Source: Cereibacter sphaeroides 2.4.1 | GTDB lineage: Bacteria; Pseudomonadota; Alphaproteobacteria; Rhodobacterales; Rhodobacteraceae | Assembly: GCF_000012905.2 (NCBI RefSeq) | Contig: NC_007493.2 | Location: 1,890,001 to 1,922,000 of the forward strand | Direction: 5' to 3' | Length of the DNA: 32,000 nt | In this document: positions 1 to 8,503 of the stretch, piece after piece | How positions within the stretch are numbered: position 1 is the first letter of the stretch | Layout: the number at the start of each line of letters is the position of its first letter | Notes under the pieces: generated by a model | Databases searched by the model: none | Told to the model about the DNA's origin: nothing | The model's input: only the letters and a program-made list of their open reading frames with translations | Translations under genes and position numbers: made by a program

Positions 1-175
1 CGGCCACGACCGGCAGGCTCGCCCCGTCGATGTCGCGGAGCCTGGCCAGCCCCTCGTCCGTCAGCACTTCGCCCGCGATGTCCGGCACCACGCCCGACAG
101 GTCGCGGAGGGTGCCGTCGGTCCAGACGAGGCCCGGTCGTTCGGCCCCGGCGGGCCCATGGCGCAGCAGTTTCAT
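1..175 (-). CDS. fumarylacetoacetate hydrolase (FAH) family protein, N-terminal 58 codons only (gene runs off the left edge)
   Basis: Not in the ORF track because it is open at the window edge. The reverse complement of 1-175 translates from ATG (175-173) as MKLLRHGPAGAERPGLVWTDGTLRDLSGVVPDIAGEVLTDEGLARLRDIDGASLPVVA, a typical N-terminus of FAH-family 2-keto-acid hydrolases. A GAGGAG Shine-Dalgarno lies just upstream and overlaps the stop of the SDR gene. Confidence 0.6.
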   Translation of the reverse strand, partial: MKLLRHGPAGAERPGLVWTDGTLRDLSGVVPDIAGEVLTDEGLARLRDIDGASLPVVA

Positions 176-184
176 GGCGTCTCC

Positions 185-925
185 TCAGATATTGGACCAG
201 CCCCCGTCGATGACATGGGCGACCCCGGTGGTGTAGGCGGATTCGTCCGAAGCGAGATAGACGACAAGCGCCGCGATCTCCTCCGGGCGGCCGATGCGGC
301 CGATGGGCTGGCGGGCCACGAAGGCGCGCCGCGCGGCCTCGTAATCGCCGGTGGCGCGGAGCCGGTCCTCGAGCGAGGGGCTTTCGACGGTGCCGGGGCA
401 GATCGCGTTGCAGCGGATGCCCTGCCCGATGAAATCGGCGGCGATGGATTTGGTGAGCCCCACGACCCCCGCCTTGGTGGTGCCGTAGACGAAGCGGTTG
501 GGCGCCGCGATGGCCGCGGACACGACCGAGGCCATGTTGATGATCGACCCGCCGCCGCCCGCGATCATGCCCGGCAGGAAGGCGCGGCACATCCGATACA
601 TGCCGGTGAGGTTCAGCCCGACGGAGAAGGCCCAGTCCTCCTCGTCGCAGTCGAGGATCGTGCCCGAGGCCACGAAGCCCGCGCAGTTGAAGAGCACGTC
701 GAGCGGCCCTGCCGCCGCGACAGCGGCCGCGATCGAGGCCGGATCGCGCACATCGAGCGGCTGCACCTCGAGCCCTTCGGCCGCAAGCCCTTCGAGCGCT
801 GCCGCATTCAGGTCGGTCGCCAGCACACGCGCGCCCTCGCGCGCCATGGCCAGCGCAGAGGCGCGCCCGATCCCCTGCCCTGCCGCCGTCACCAGCGCGC
901 GCTTGCCCTCCAGCCGACCGGCCAT
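185..925 (-). CDS. short-chain dehydrogenase/reductase (SDR), resembling 2-keto-3-deoxy-sugar-acid 4-dehydrogenases
   Basis: ORF 185..958. Start trimmed to ATG 925 (MAGRLEGKRALVTAAGQGIGRA...), which has a GGAGGAGAG SD immediately upstream. TAAGQGIG Rossmann motif and YGTTKAGV catalytic Y-x3-K are present. Confidence 0.85.
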   Translation of the reverse strand: MAGRLEGKRALVTAAGQGIGRASALAMAREGARVLATDLNAAALEGLAAEGLEVQPLDVRDPASIAAAVAAAGPLDVLFNCAGFVASGTILDCDEEDWAFSVGLNLTGMYRMCRAFLPGMIAGGGGSIINMASVVSAAIAAPNRFVYGTTKAGVVGLTKSIAADFIGQGIRCNAICPGTVESPSLEDRLRATGDYEAARRAFVARQPIGRIGRPEEIAALVVYLASDESAYTTGVAHVIDGGWSNI

Positions 926-1117
926 GGCCCTCTCCTCCCCCAGCTCGCGGCCTACCAAAGATCAATATCGGATAGAGAACAAGCCCCGGCCGCGGAAATT
1001 ATCAATAATCCGCCCGCCGAGGGCCGGCGGCACCCGCAAAGGCTGGCCGCAGGCTCTCTGATATGCCAGCCTTGGGCCGCGGCCTCGGGCAGGCCGCCGC
1101 GGATGAAAGGAGACAGG

Positions 1118-2059
1118 ATGGAACGGCAACGGGTGATCGCGGTGGGCTCCTACCCCGACTGGGACAGGCAGGCGATGGAGGCCAGCTTCACGGTCACGAC
1201 CGTTCCGCAGCTCGCCGATCTGGCGGGCCTCGACCCTGCGCTCCGCGCCGAGGCGGTGGCGGTGGCCTACAAGGGCGGCGCGCCCTTCGGCGGCGAGGCG
1301 ATGGATCTCCTGCCCGCGCTCGGCATCATCGCGAACTTCGGTGTGGGCTTCGATGCCATCGACGTCGAAGCCGCCCGCGCCCGCGGCATCCGGGTGACGA
1401 ACACGCCCGACGTGCTGAACGACGACGTGGCCGACACGGCGCTGGCGATGATGCTGGCCCTCTGCCGCCGCATCCCCGAGGGCGACCGCTTCGTCCGCGA
1501 GGGCCGCTGGCCCAAGGGAGACTTTCCGCTGAACCGCAAATTCTCGGGCGGGCGCGCGGGCATCATGGGGCTCGGCCGGATCGGGCGCGCCATCGCCGAC
1601 CGGCTCGTGGCCTTCGGCATGGAGATCCACTATCATTCGCGCAGCGCCAAGGACGTGCCCGCGGGCTGGACCTTCCACGCCACGCCCGAAGGGCTCGCCG
1701 CCGAGGTCGACTGGCTGGTGGTGGCGCTGGTCGGAGGGCCCGCCACCGAAAGCTACGTCTCGGCCGAGGTCATTGCCTGCATGCCGCAGGATGCGGTGCT
1801 GGTGAACATCTCGCGCGGCTCGACCGTGGACGAAGCGGCGCTGCTAAGCGCCCTCGAAGCCGGGCGGATCGGGGCCGCGCTCGACGTCTTCCGCAACGAG
1901 CCCGAGATCGATCCGCGCTTCCACGCGCTCTCGAACGTGATCCTGCAGCCGCATCAGGGATCGGGCACGGTCGAGACCCGCCGCGCGATGGGCGAGCTGC
2001 AGCGCGCCAACATCACGGCCTTCCTTCAGGGCGAGCCGCTGCTGACTCCGGTCGCCTGA
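1118..2059 (+). CDS. D-isomer-specific 2-hydroxyacid dehydrogenase (glyoxylate/hydroxypyruvate reductase-like)
   Basis: C-terminal 313 aa of track ORF 158..2059. ATG 1118 is preceded by AAGGAGA. GLGRIGRAIADRL NAD-binding motif. The ORF portion upstream of 1118 is antisense to the SDR gene and looks spurious. Confidence 0.85.
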   Translation: MERQRVIAVGSYPDWDRQAMEASFTVTTVPQLADLAGLDPALRAEAVAVAYKGGAPFGGEAMDLLPALGIIANFGVGFDAIDVEAARARGIRVTNTPDVLNDDVADTALAMMLALCRRIPEGDRFVREGRWPKGDFPLNRKFSGGRAGIMGLGRIGRAIADRLVAFGMEIHYHSRSAKDVPAGWTFHATPEGLAAEVDWLVVALVGGPATESYVSAEVIACMPQDAVLVNISRGSTVDEAALLSALEAGRIGAALDVFRNEPEIDPRFHALSNVILQPHQGSGTVETRRAMGELQRANITAFLQGEPLLTPVA

Positions 2060-2068
2060 GGCGATGGT

Positions 2069-2089
2069 GTGGCGGCGTCACGCCGCCAC
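2069..2089. terminator. hairpin between convergent genes (GTGGCGGCG-tca-CGCCGCCAC)
   Basis: Perfect 9-bp stem read directly from the sequence, in the 36-nt gap between two convergent stop codons. No clear U-tract. Confidence 0.35.
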
Positions 2090-2095
2090 AGCGTC

Positions 2096-3877
2096 CTAAT
2101 GATTGTCCCGCGGCAGATCCCGCGCCACCCGGTGATAGGCGGTGGCAAGCTCGAGGCAGCCGCCATCGGCGAGCTGCCCCACGAGGCGGCGATAGATCTC
2201 CTGCCAGGGGGTCTGGTGGTGCAGGACGGGCGGCGTCCAGGCGGCGCGGCGCGCCTCCCACTCGGCCTCGTCCACCAGCGCGTCGAGCCGGCAGGCGTTC
2301 AGATCGAGCCGCACCCGGTCGCCTGTCCGCAGGAGCGCAAGGCCGCCGCCCACCGCCGCCTCGGGCGAGGCGTTGAGGATCGACGGGCTCTCGGAAGTGC
2401 CCGACTGCCGCCCGTCGCCCACCGTCGGCAGATGCGTCACTCCCTCGCGCAGAAGCCCGTCGGGCGGCTGCATGTTCACCACCTCGGCTGAGCCCGGATA
2501 GCCCACGCAGCCCACGCCGCGGATGAAGAGGATCGTCGTCTCGTCGATCCCGAGATCGGGGTCGTTGATGCGGGCGTGATAATCTTCCGGTCCCTCGAAG
2601 ACCACGGCGCGGGCCTCGTGGATGCCCTCCCGCCCCGGCTGGGCGAGGAAGCGGTGCCGGAACTCGGCCGAAATGACCGAGGTCTTCATCAGCGCCGAGT
2701 CGAAGAGATTGCCCCGCAGCACGAGGAACCCCGCCTTCTCGCGCAGGGGATCCTCGACCGACCGGATCACCCGCCGGTCGCGGCTGCGCTCGCCCGCGAG
2801 ATTGTGGCCGATGCTCTCTCCCGTGACGGTCAGCGCCTCCGCATGGAGAAGCCCCGCCGCGAGCAGCTCGCCCATGACGGCAGGCACGCCGCCCGCCCGG
2901 AAGAAGCTCTCACCCAGATATTCTCCGGCGGGCTGCATGTTCACCAGCAGCGGCAGGTCGAAGCCCACCGTCTGCCAGTCCTCCACCGCAAGCTCGACAC
3001 CCGCATGCCGCGCGATGGCCTGCAGATGCGGCGGCGCGTTGGTCGAGCCGCCGATGGCCGAATTGACGCGGATCGCATTCTCGAAGGCCTGCCGCGTGAG
3101 GATGTCCGAGGGCTTCAGGTCGGCCAGCACCATCTCGACGATGCGCCGGCCCGTGGCATAGGCCATGTTCATCCGCTCGCGGAACGGCGCGGGAATGGCC
3201 GAGCATCCGGGCAGCGACATGCCCAGCGCCTCGGCCAGCGCGTTCAGGGTCGAGGCGGTGCCCATCGTGTTGCAATGGCCGAGCGAGGGGGCCGAAGCGC
3301 AGGCACGCTCCATGAATTCGGGATAGTCGATCTCGCCCTCGGCGAGCAGCCGCCGGCTCTCCCAGATGATCGTACCCGAGCCTGCGAGCTTGCCTTCCCA
3401 CCAGCCGTCGAGCATGGGCCCGCCCGAGAGCACGATGGAAGGAAGATCCACCGTCGCCGCTGCCATCAGCTGCGCGGGCGTGGTCTTGTCGCATCCGGTG
3501 GTCAGCACCACCCCGTCGATCGGATAGCCGTGCAGCACCTCGACGAGGCCGAGATAGGCGAGGTTGCGGTCGAGCGCGGCGGTGGGCCTGCGCCCGGTCT
3601 CCTGGATCGGATGGACGGGAAATTCCATCGGCACGCCGCCCGCGTCGCGGATGCCCGCCTTGACCCGCTCGGCGAGGAAGAGGTGGATCTTGTTGCAGGG
3701 CGCGAGATCCGAACCCGACTGCGCGATGCCGATGATGGGCCGGTCGCCCTGCAGCTCGCGCCGCGTGAAGCCCTGGTTCTGGTAGCGCTCGACATAGAGC
3801 GCGGTCATCCCGGGATTGTCGGGATTGTCGAACCACGCCTGTGAGCGGAAGCGCCTGCCGGTGGGGGTGTCGCTCAT
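2096..3877 (-). CDS. IlvD/Edd-family dehydratase (pentonate/hexonate sugar-acid dehydratase type, 593 aa)
   Basis: Part of track ORF 2096..5473. Real start taken at ATG 3877 (MSDTPTGRRFRSQAWFDNPDNPGMTALYVERY...) with a GGAGG SD about 8 nt upstream. Family hallmarks TGCDKTTP and SLGHCNTMGTA are present. The upstream 530 aa of the track ORF are antisense to the FAD oxidase gene. Confidence 0.9.
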   Translation of the reverse strand: MSDTPTGRRFRSQAWFDNPDNPGMTALYVERYQNQGFTRRELQGDRPIIGIAQSGSDLAPCNKIHLFLAERVKAGIRDAGGVPMEFPVHPIQETGRRPTAALDRNLAYLGLVEVLHGYPIDGVVLTTGCDKTTPAQLMAAATVDLPSIVLSGGPMLDGWWEGKLAGSGTIIWESRRLLAEGEIDYPEFMERACASAPSLGHCNTMGTASTLNALAEALGMSLPGCSAIPAPFRERMNMAYATGRRIVEMVLADLKPSDILTRQAFENAIRVNSAIGGSTNAPPHLQAIARHAGVELAVEDWQTVGFDLPLLVNMQPAGEYLGESFFRAGGVPAVMGELLAAGLLHAEALTVTGESIGHNLAGERSRDRRVIRSVEDPLREKAGFLVLRGNLFDSALMKTSVISAEFRHRFLAQPGREGIHEARAVVFEGPEDYHARINDPDLGIDETTILFIRGVGCVGYPGSAEVVNMQPPDGLLREGVTHLPTVGDGRQSGTSESPSILNASPEAAVGGGLALLRTGDRVRLDLNACRLDALVDEAEWEARRAAWTPPVLHHQTPWQEIYRRLVGQLADGGCLELATAYHRVARDLPRDNH

Positions 3878-4174
3878 CTCTGCGGCCTCCTGTCGCTGGC
3901 CTCCAACATCCCCTCTCGCGCAGGCAAGGGCAAGGGCGCGGGGGCAGCCCGGCCCGGCCGGGGCTCGTCGCGGATCACGAAGCGGGATCGGGAGAGTGGG
4001 TGTCCCTTCGCACCAGATCTGTCTCGCGAGGCCCTGCATTTCGCGCAGCGTGAAATGAGGCCCGTCCGGCAGGGGCCCGCGCGGGAGACACCCTCCACGG
4101 GGCGACGGCCCCCGTTGACCCTGCCTGCGGGCTCGGGTCTGGTGCGGGGACGAAACCGCTCCCTGGAGAAGCCC

Positions 4175-5557
4175 ATGACCCTGCCCGGCCCCGCCCCGCG
4201 CGATCCGATCCCTGCGCTCCGCGATCTTCTGGGCGAGCGGCTTCTGACCTCCGAGGCCGTGCGCGCGCAGCACGCCGAGAACGAGGCCTGGTATCCGGCA
4301 GCCCTGCCCGATGCCGTGGCGCGCCCCGCCTCGACCGAGGAGGTCTCGCGACTCCTCGCGCTCTGCCATGCCGCGGGCATGCCGGTGGTGGCGCAGGGCG
4401 CGCGTTCCTCGCTCGAGGGGCACCATCTGGCGATCCGCGGCGGCATCGCGCTCGACCTGACCGGCATGGACCGGGTGCTGGCCGTCCATGCCGAGGATCT
4501 CGACGCGGTGGTGCAGCCCGGCGTCACGCGCGAGACGCTGAACGCCCATCTGCGCGACACGGGCCTTTTCTTCCCGATCGATCCGGGCGCCAATGCCACG
4601 CTGGGCGGCATGGCCGCGACCCGCGCCTCGGGCACGACCGCCGTGCGCTACGGCACGATGCGCGAGGCGGTGCTGGCGCTCGAGGTGGTGCAGGCCGACG
4701 GCACCGTGATCCGCACCGGCAGCCGGGCGCGCAAATCCGCCACGGGCTACGATCTCACCCACCTCTTCGTGGGCTCGGAGGGCACGCTCGGCATCATCAC
4801 CGAACTCACGCTGCGCCTCTTCGGCCAGCCCGAGGCGCAGTCGGCCGCGATCTGCCGCTTTCCCTCGGTGGCCGAAGCGGTCGCCACCGTCATCGCCACG
4901 ATCCAGATGGGCCTGCCCATAGCCCGGATCGAGCTGGTCGATGCGATGATGGTACGCGGCTTCAACCTCCATGCCGATGCAGGGCTGCCCGAGGAGCCGC
5001 ATCTCTTCGTCGAATTCCACGGCAGCGAAAGAGGCGTGGCCGAGACGGCCGCCCTCTTCGGCGAGATCGCCGCCGATCACGGCGGGCAGTCGTTCCGCTG
5101 GTCGCAGAAGCCCGAGGAGCGCCGCGCGCTCTGGTCGATGCGCCACAATGCGCACCATGCCACGCGGCGGCTGCGGCCGGGGGCGCGCACGGTCTCGACC
5201 GATGTCTGCGTGCCGATCTCGGCGCTGGCCGAGGCGGTCGCGGTCGCGCAGGAAGAGGGCCGCGCCCGCGGCCTCATGCAGGCCATCGTGGGCCATGTGG
5301 GCGACGGCAATTTCCACTGCGGCATCCTCGTCGACCCCGAGGATGCAGGAGAGATGAAGCGGGTGAAGGAGTTCACCGACCTCCTGTCGGATCTGGCCCT
5401 GCGGCTGGGCGGGGTCGTGTCGGGCGAACACGGGATCGGCATGGGCAAGATCGGCAAGATGGAGGCCCAGCACGGCCCGGCTCTGGCCACCATGCGGGCG
5501 ATGAAAGAGGCGCTCGATCCGAAGGGCATCCTCAATCCCGGCAAGCTCCTGCCGTAG
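4175..5557 (+). CDS. FAD-binding oxidoreductase (GlcD / D-lactate dehydrogenase family)
   Basis: ORF 4055..5557, start trimmed to ATG 4175 (MTLPGPAPRD...) behind a GGAGAAG SD. FAD_binding_4-type N-terminal half (GARSSLEGH, VQPGVT, GYDLTHLFVGSEGTLGIITE) and FAD-oxidase C-terminal half (GEHGIGMGK). Confidence 0.85.
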   Translation: MTLPGPAPRDPIPALRDLLGERLLTSEAVRAQHAENEAWYPAALPDAVARPASTEEVSRLLALCHAAGMPVVAQGARSSLEGHHLAIRGGIALDLTGMDRVLAVHAEDLDAVVQPGVTRETLNAHLRDTGLFFPIDPGANATLGGMAATRASGTTAVRYGTMREAVLALEVVQADGTVIRTGSRARKSATGYDLTHLFVGSEGTLGIITELTLRLFGQPEAQSAAICRFPSVAEAVATVIATIQMGLPIARIELVDAMMVRGFNLHADAGLPEEPHLFVEFHGSERGVAETAALFGEIAADHGGQSFRWSQKPEERRALWSMRHNAHHATRRLRPGARTVSTDVCVPISALAEAVAVAQEEGRARGLMQAIVGHVGDGNFHCGILVDPEDAGEMKRVKEFTDLLSDLALRLGGVVSGEHGIGMGKIGKMEAQHGPALATMRAMKEALDPKGILNPGKLLP

Positions 5558-5569
5558 GGCGGCAAGGCG

Positions 5570-5593
5570 AGGGGCGCGCCGCAGCGCGCCCCT
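5570..5593. terminator. hairpin between convergent genes (AGGGGCGCG-ccgcag-CGCGCCCCT)
   Basis: 9-bp perfect stem in the 44-nt gap between the FAD oxidase stop and the binding-protein stop. No U-tract. Confidence 0.35.
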
Positions 5594-5601
5594 GCCAGAG
5601 C

Positions 5602-6582
5602 TTACTTCAGCGCCTTGTCGGTGACCTCGTGGGTCCAGGCGCCCTCGGGCTCCTTCGAGATCACCGGGTCCGAGCCGCCGCCCATCAGGGTGGCCACGGT
5701 GCGCTTGTAATCCGCCTCGTCGAGCGTGCCGTCCGAGCCCGCGGTCAGCTTCGCCACCTCGCCCATCATCCGCTTCTGGTGGCTCTCGGTCTGCGCGCCC
5801 GTGTCGTCATTGTCGAGCACGATCATGGCCGCGTCGTCGGGGTTCTCCTCGGCCCATTTCCAGCCCTTCATCGAGGCCCGCACGAACTTGGCCATGGTCT
5901 CGACGAAGGCCGGATCCTTCAGCTTGTCGGCCATCACATAGAGACCGTCCTCGAGGGTCGCCACGCCCTGATCCTCGTACTTGAAGGTCACGAGGTCGTC
6001 CGGCGAGAGGCCCGCGTCGATCACCTGCCAATATTCGTTGTAGGTCATGGTCGAGATGCAGGCCGCCTGCTTCTGCAGCAGCGGATCGACGTTGAAGCCC
6101 TGCTTGAGCACCGTCACCCCCTGAGGCGAGCCGTCGGTGGGCAGGCCCAGCTTCGACATCCAGTTGAGGAAGGGATATTCGTTGCCGCCGAACCAGACGC
6201 CCAGCGTCTTGCCCTTGAAGTCCTCGGGGCCCGAAACGCCCGATTCCTTCAGGCAGGTCAGCATCATGCCCGAACTCTTGAAGGGCTGGGCGATGTTGAC
6301 GATGTCGGCCCCCTGCTCGCGCGCGGCCAGCGCCGAGGGCAGCCAGTCGACCATCACGTCGGCGCCGCCGCCGAGCAGCACCTGCACCGGCGCCACGTCG
6401 GGGCCGCCCGGCTTGATCGTGACCTCGAGCCCCTCCTCCTCGTAGAAGCCCTGATCGAGCGCGACGTAATAGCCCGCGAACTGGGCCTGCGTCACCCATT
6501 TGAGCTGGAGCGTCACCTCCTCGGCCGAAGCCGTGCCGGCGGCGAGCGCGAGAAGCGCGGCTCCGGTCAGCAGTCCTTTCAT
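5602..6582 (-). CDS. ABC transporter periplasmic substrate-binding protein, NMT1/THI5-like (NitT/TauT family); probable pyrimidine-related uptake by context
   Basis: C-terminal 326 aa of track ORF 5602..7626. ATG 6582 follows a GGAGG SD. Signal peptide MKGLLTGAALLALAAGTASA. Last gene of the operon with hydA and the carbamoyl hydrolase. Confidence 0.85.
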   Translation of the reverse strand: MKGLLTGAALLALAAGTASAEEVTLQLKWVTQAQFAGYYVALDQGFYEEEGLEVTIKPGGPDVAPVQVLLGGGADVMVDWLPSALAAREQGADIVNIAQPFKSSGMMLTCLKESGVSGPEDFKGKTLGVWFGGNEYPFLNWMSKLGLPTDGSPQGVTVLKQGFNVDPLLQKQAACISTMTYNEYWQVIDAGLSPDDLVTFKYEDQGVATLEDGLYVMADKLKDPAFVETMAKFVRASMKGWKWAEENPDDAAMIVLDNDDTGAQTESHQKRMMGEVAKLTAGSDGTLDEADYKRTVATLMGGGSDPVISKEPEGAWTHEVTDKALK

Positions 6583-6611
6583 CGAAACCTCCGTGTTGTG
6601 CCCCTTCGGGG

Positions 6612-7463
6612 CTATCGTTGACGTCGTTGGGACGGGTGCCAGAAGGTCAGCCCTCGTTCGACCAGAGCGACCACCCCATAGAAGGCCGAGCCCGCCATTG
6701 CTGCAACCGCTATCTCGGCCCAGACCATGTCGAGCCCGAGGCGGCCGACCTCGGCCGAGATGCGAAAGCCCATGCCGCGGATCGGGCTGCCGAAGAATTC
6801 GGCGACGATGGCCCCGATCAGGGCGAGCGTGGTGGCGATCTTCAGGCCGTTGAAGATGAAGGGCATGGCCGCGGGCAGCCGCAGCTTGAGGAGCGTCTGG
6901 GCGTAGCTGGCCGAATAGGTCTTCATCAGGTCGCGCTGCATCCGGTCGGTGGCCGCGAGCCCCTCGACCGTGTTCACGAGCACGGGGAAGAAGACCATGA
7001 CCACCACCACCGCGGCCTTCGACTGCCAGTCGAAGCCGAACCACATGACGAGGATCGGCGCGATCCCAACGATGGGCAGGGCCGCCACGAAATTGCCCAC
7101 CGGCAGCAGCCCCCGCTGCAGGAAGGGCGAGCGGTCGATGGCGATGGCCGTGGCCACCGCGGCCGCACAGCCGATGAGCCAGCCCGAGAGCGCGCCCTTC
7201 ACGAAGGTCTGCACGAAATCGCCCCAGAGGACCGGCAGGCTGCTCGCGATCCGCGCGCCGATGGCCGAGGGCGGCGGCAGGATCACCGAGGGCACCTGAA
7301 GCCCGCGCACCAGCAGCTCCCAGACCAGAAGCACGGTGAGCCCGAAGATCGCGGGCACCACGAGGCGGCCGATCCGCGTCTCGGAGAAGGCCGACCGCGA
7401 GATCCGCACATTGAGCACGAGCGTCACGACCCAGGTGACGAGGGCGAGGAACACGAGCGTCAT
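6612..7463 (-). CDS. ABC transporter permease (binding-protein-dependent inner-membrane component)
   Basis: C-terminal 283 aa of track ORF 6612..8507 (MTLVFLALVTWVV...). Multi-TM hydrophobic profile. Its ATG (7463-7461) overlaps the upstream permease stop (7462-7460) as ATGA. Confidence 0.85.
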   Translation of the reverse strand: MTLVFLALVTWVVTLVLNVRISRSAFSETRIGRLVVPAIFGLTVLLVWELLVRGLQVPSVILPPPSAIGARIASSLPVLWGDFVQTFVKGALSGWLIGCAAAVATAIAIDRSPFLQRGLLPVGNFVAALPIVGIAPILVMWFGFDWQSKAAVVVVMVFFPVLVNTVEGLAATDRMQRDLMKTYSASYAQTLLKLRLPAAMPFIFNGLKIATTLALIGAIVAEFFGSPIRGMGFRISAEVGRLGLDMVWAEIAVAAMAGSAFYGVVALVERGLTFWHPSQRRQR

Positions 7464-8323
7464 CGCGCCATCCCCATCCGCCGCAGCACCCGCGCCTGGA
7501 TCGCGCCCACGATCCCGACCAGCGCTGCCGCCACGATGGCGGCCGCAAACAGCGCGGACCAGATCTGGATCGTCTGCCCGTAATAGCTCCCCGACAGAAG
7601 CCGCGCGCCGAGCCCCGCCACAGCACCCGTGGGAAGCTCGCCCACGATGGCGCCGACGAGGCTCGCCGCGATCCCCACCTTCAGCGAAGCGAAGAGATAG
7701 GGCATCGAGGCGGGCAGCCGCAGCTTCCAGAAGGCCTGCGCCCGGCTCGCATTGTAGGTGGACAGGAGGTCGAGCTGCATCGCATCGGGGCTGCGCAGCC
7801 CCTTCACCATGCCCACCACGACCGGAAAGAAGCTGAGATAGGCCGAGATCACCGCCTTGGGCAGAAGCCCCGAGACGCCGATCGAGTTCAGCACCACGAT
7901 GATCATCGGCGCGATGGCGAGGATCGGGATGGTCTGGCTCGCGATGGCCCAGGGCATCACGCTCTGGTCCATCGCGCGGTTGTGGATGATGCCGACTGCG
8001 AGCAGGATCCCGAGCCCGGTGCCGATGCCGAAGCCCAGAAGCGTCGCCGACAGCGTGATCCAGCCGTGATAGACAAGGCTGCGCTTCGAGGTGATCTTCT
8101 GGCCTGCCACGCCCTCCCAGAGGCCCTTGGCCACCTGATGCGGCGCCGGCAGCACGGGCCGCTCCTGGCTCATGGTCTGGGGCAGGATCTGGGCGAGGCT
8201 GACCTCGGTGCCCGCCCGCGCCGCCTGATCGCGCACCCATTGCGCATTCATCGCTGCCGCCGCCCCATACCAGAGCGCCACGATCACAGCGACGACCGTG
8301 AGGACCGGAAGGATCGACCTCAT
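7460..8323 (-). CDS. ABC transporter permease (second membrane component)
   Basis: ORF 7460..8395, start trimmed to ATG 8323 (MRSILPVLTVVAVIV...) behind a GGAGG SD. Multi-TM protein paralogous in layout to the downstream permease. Confidence 0.85.
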   Translation of the reverse strand: MRSILPVLTVVAVIVALWYGAAAAMNAQWVRDQAARAGTEVSLAQILPQTMSQERPVLPAPHQVAKGLWEGVAGQKITSKRSLVYHGWITLSATLLGFGIGTGLGILLAVGIIHNRAMDQSVMPWAIASQTIPILAIAPMIIVVLNSIGVSGLLPKAVISAYLSFFPVVVGMVKGLRSPDAMQLDLLSTYNASRAQAFWKLRLPASMPYLFASLKVGIAASLVGAIVGELPTGAVAGLGARLLSGSYYGQTIQIWSALFAAAIVAAALVGIVGAIQARVLRRMGMAR

Positions 8324-8357
8324 GCACCGCCTCCACCCGCAAGCGGGAACCGGGACT

Positions 8358-8394
8358 GCCCCGCGGCACCCATGGGGGCAGCAGCCCCGCGGCA
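8358..8394. repeat. 11-nt direct repeat GCCCCGCGGCA x2 (8358-8368 and 8384-8394) flanking the palindrome CCCATGGG
   Basis: Read directly from the 180-nt spacer between the ATPase and the first permease gene. Confidence 0.6.
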
Positions 8395-8503
8395 TGTCCT
8401 GCCTCGCGCGGCGAACCAGAAAAAACCTTTCTTCCCAATACCATGCATGGAGAAGCTGAAAACAGGTGAGAACTCCGCACCGCCCGGATCGCGGGCTGCC
8501 CCC

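Noticed and set aside
2096-5473. The track ORF suggests an 1125-aa protein. Likewise 158..2059, 5602..7626, 6612..8507 and 9305..11497 suggest long N-terminal extensions.
   Set aside because: In each case the recognisable domain begins at an internal ATG with a good Shine-Dalgarno. The upstream extension overlaps a well-supported gene on the other strand or in another frame, so the starts were trimmed.
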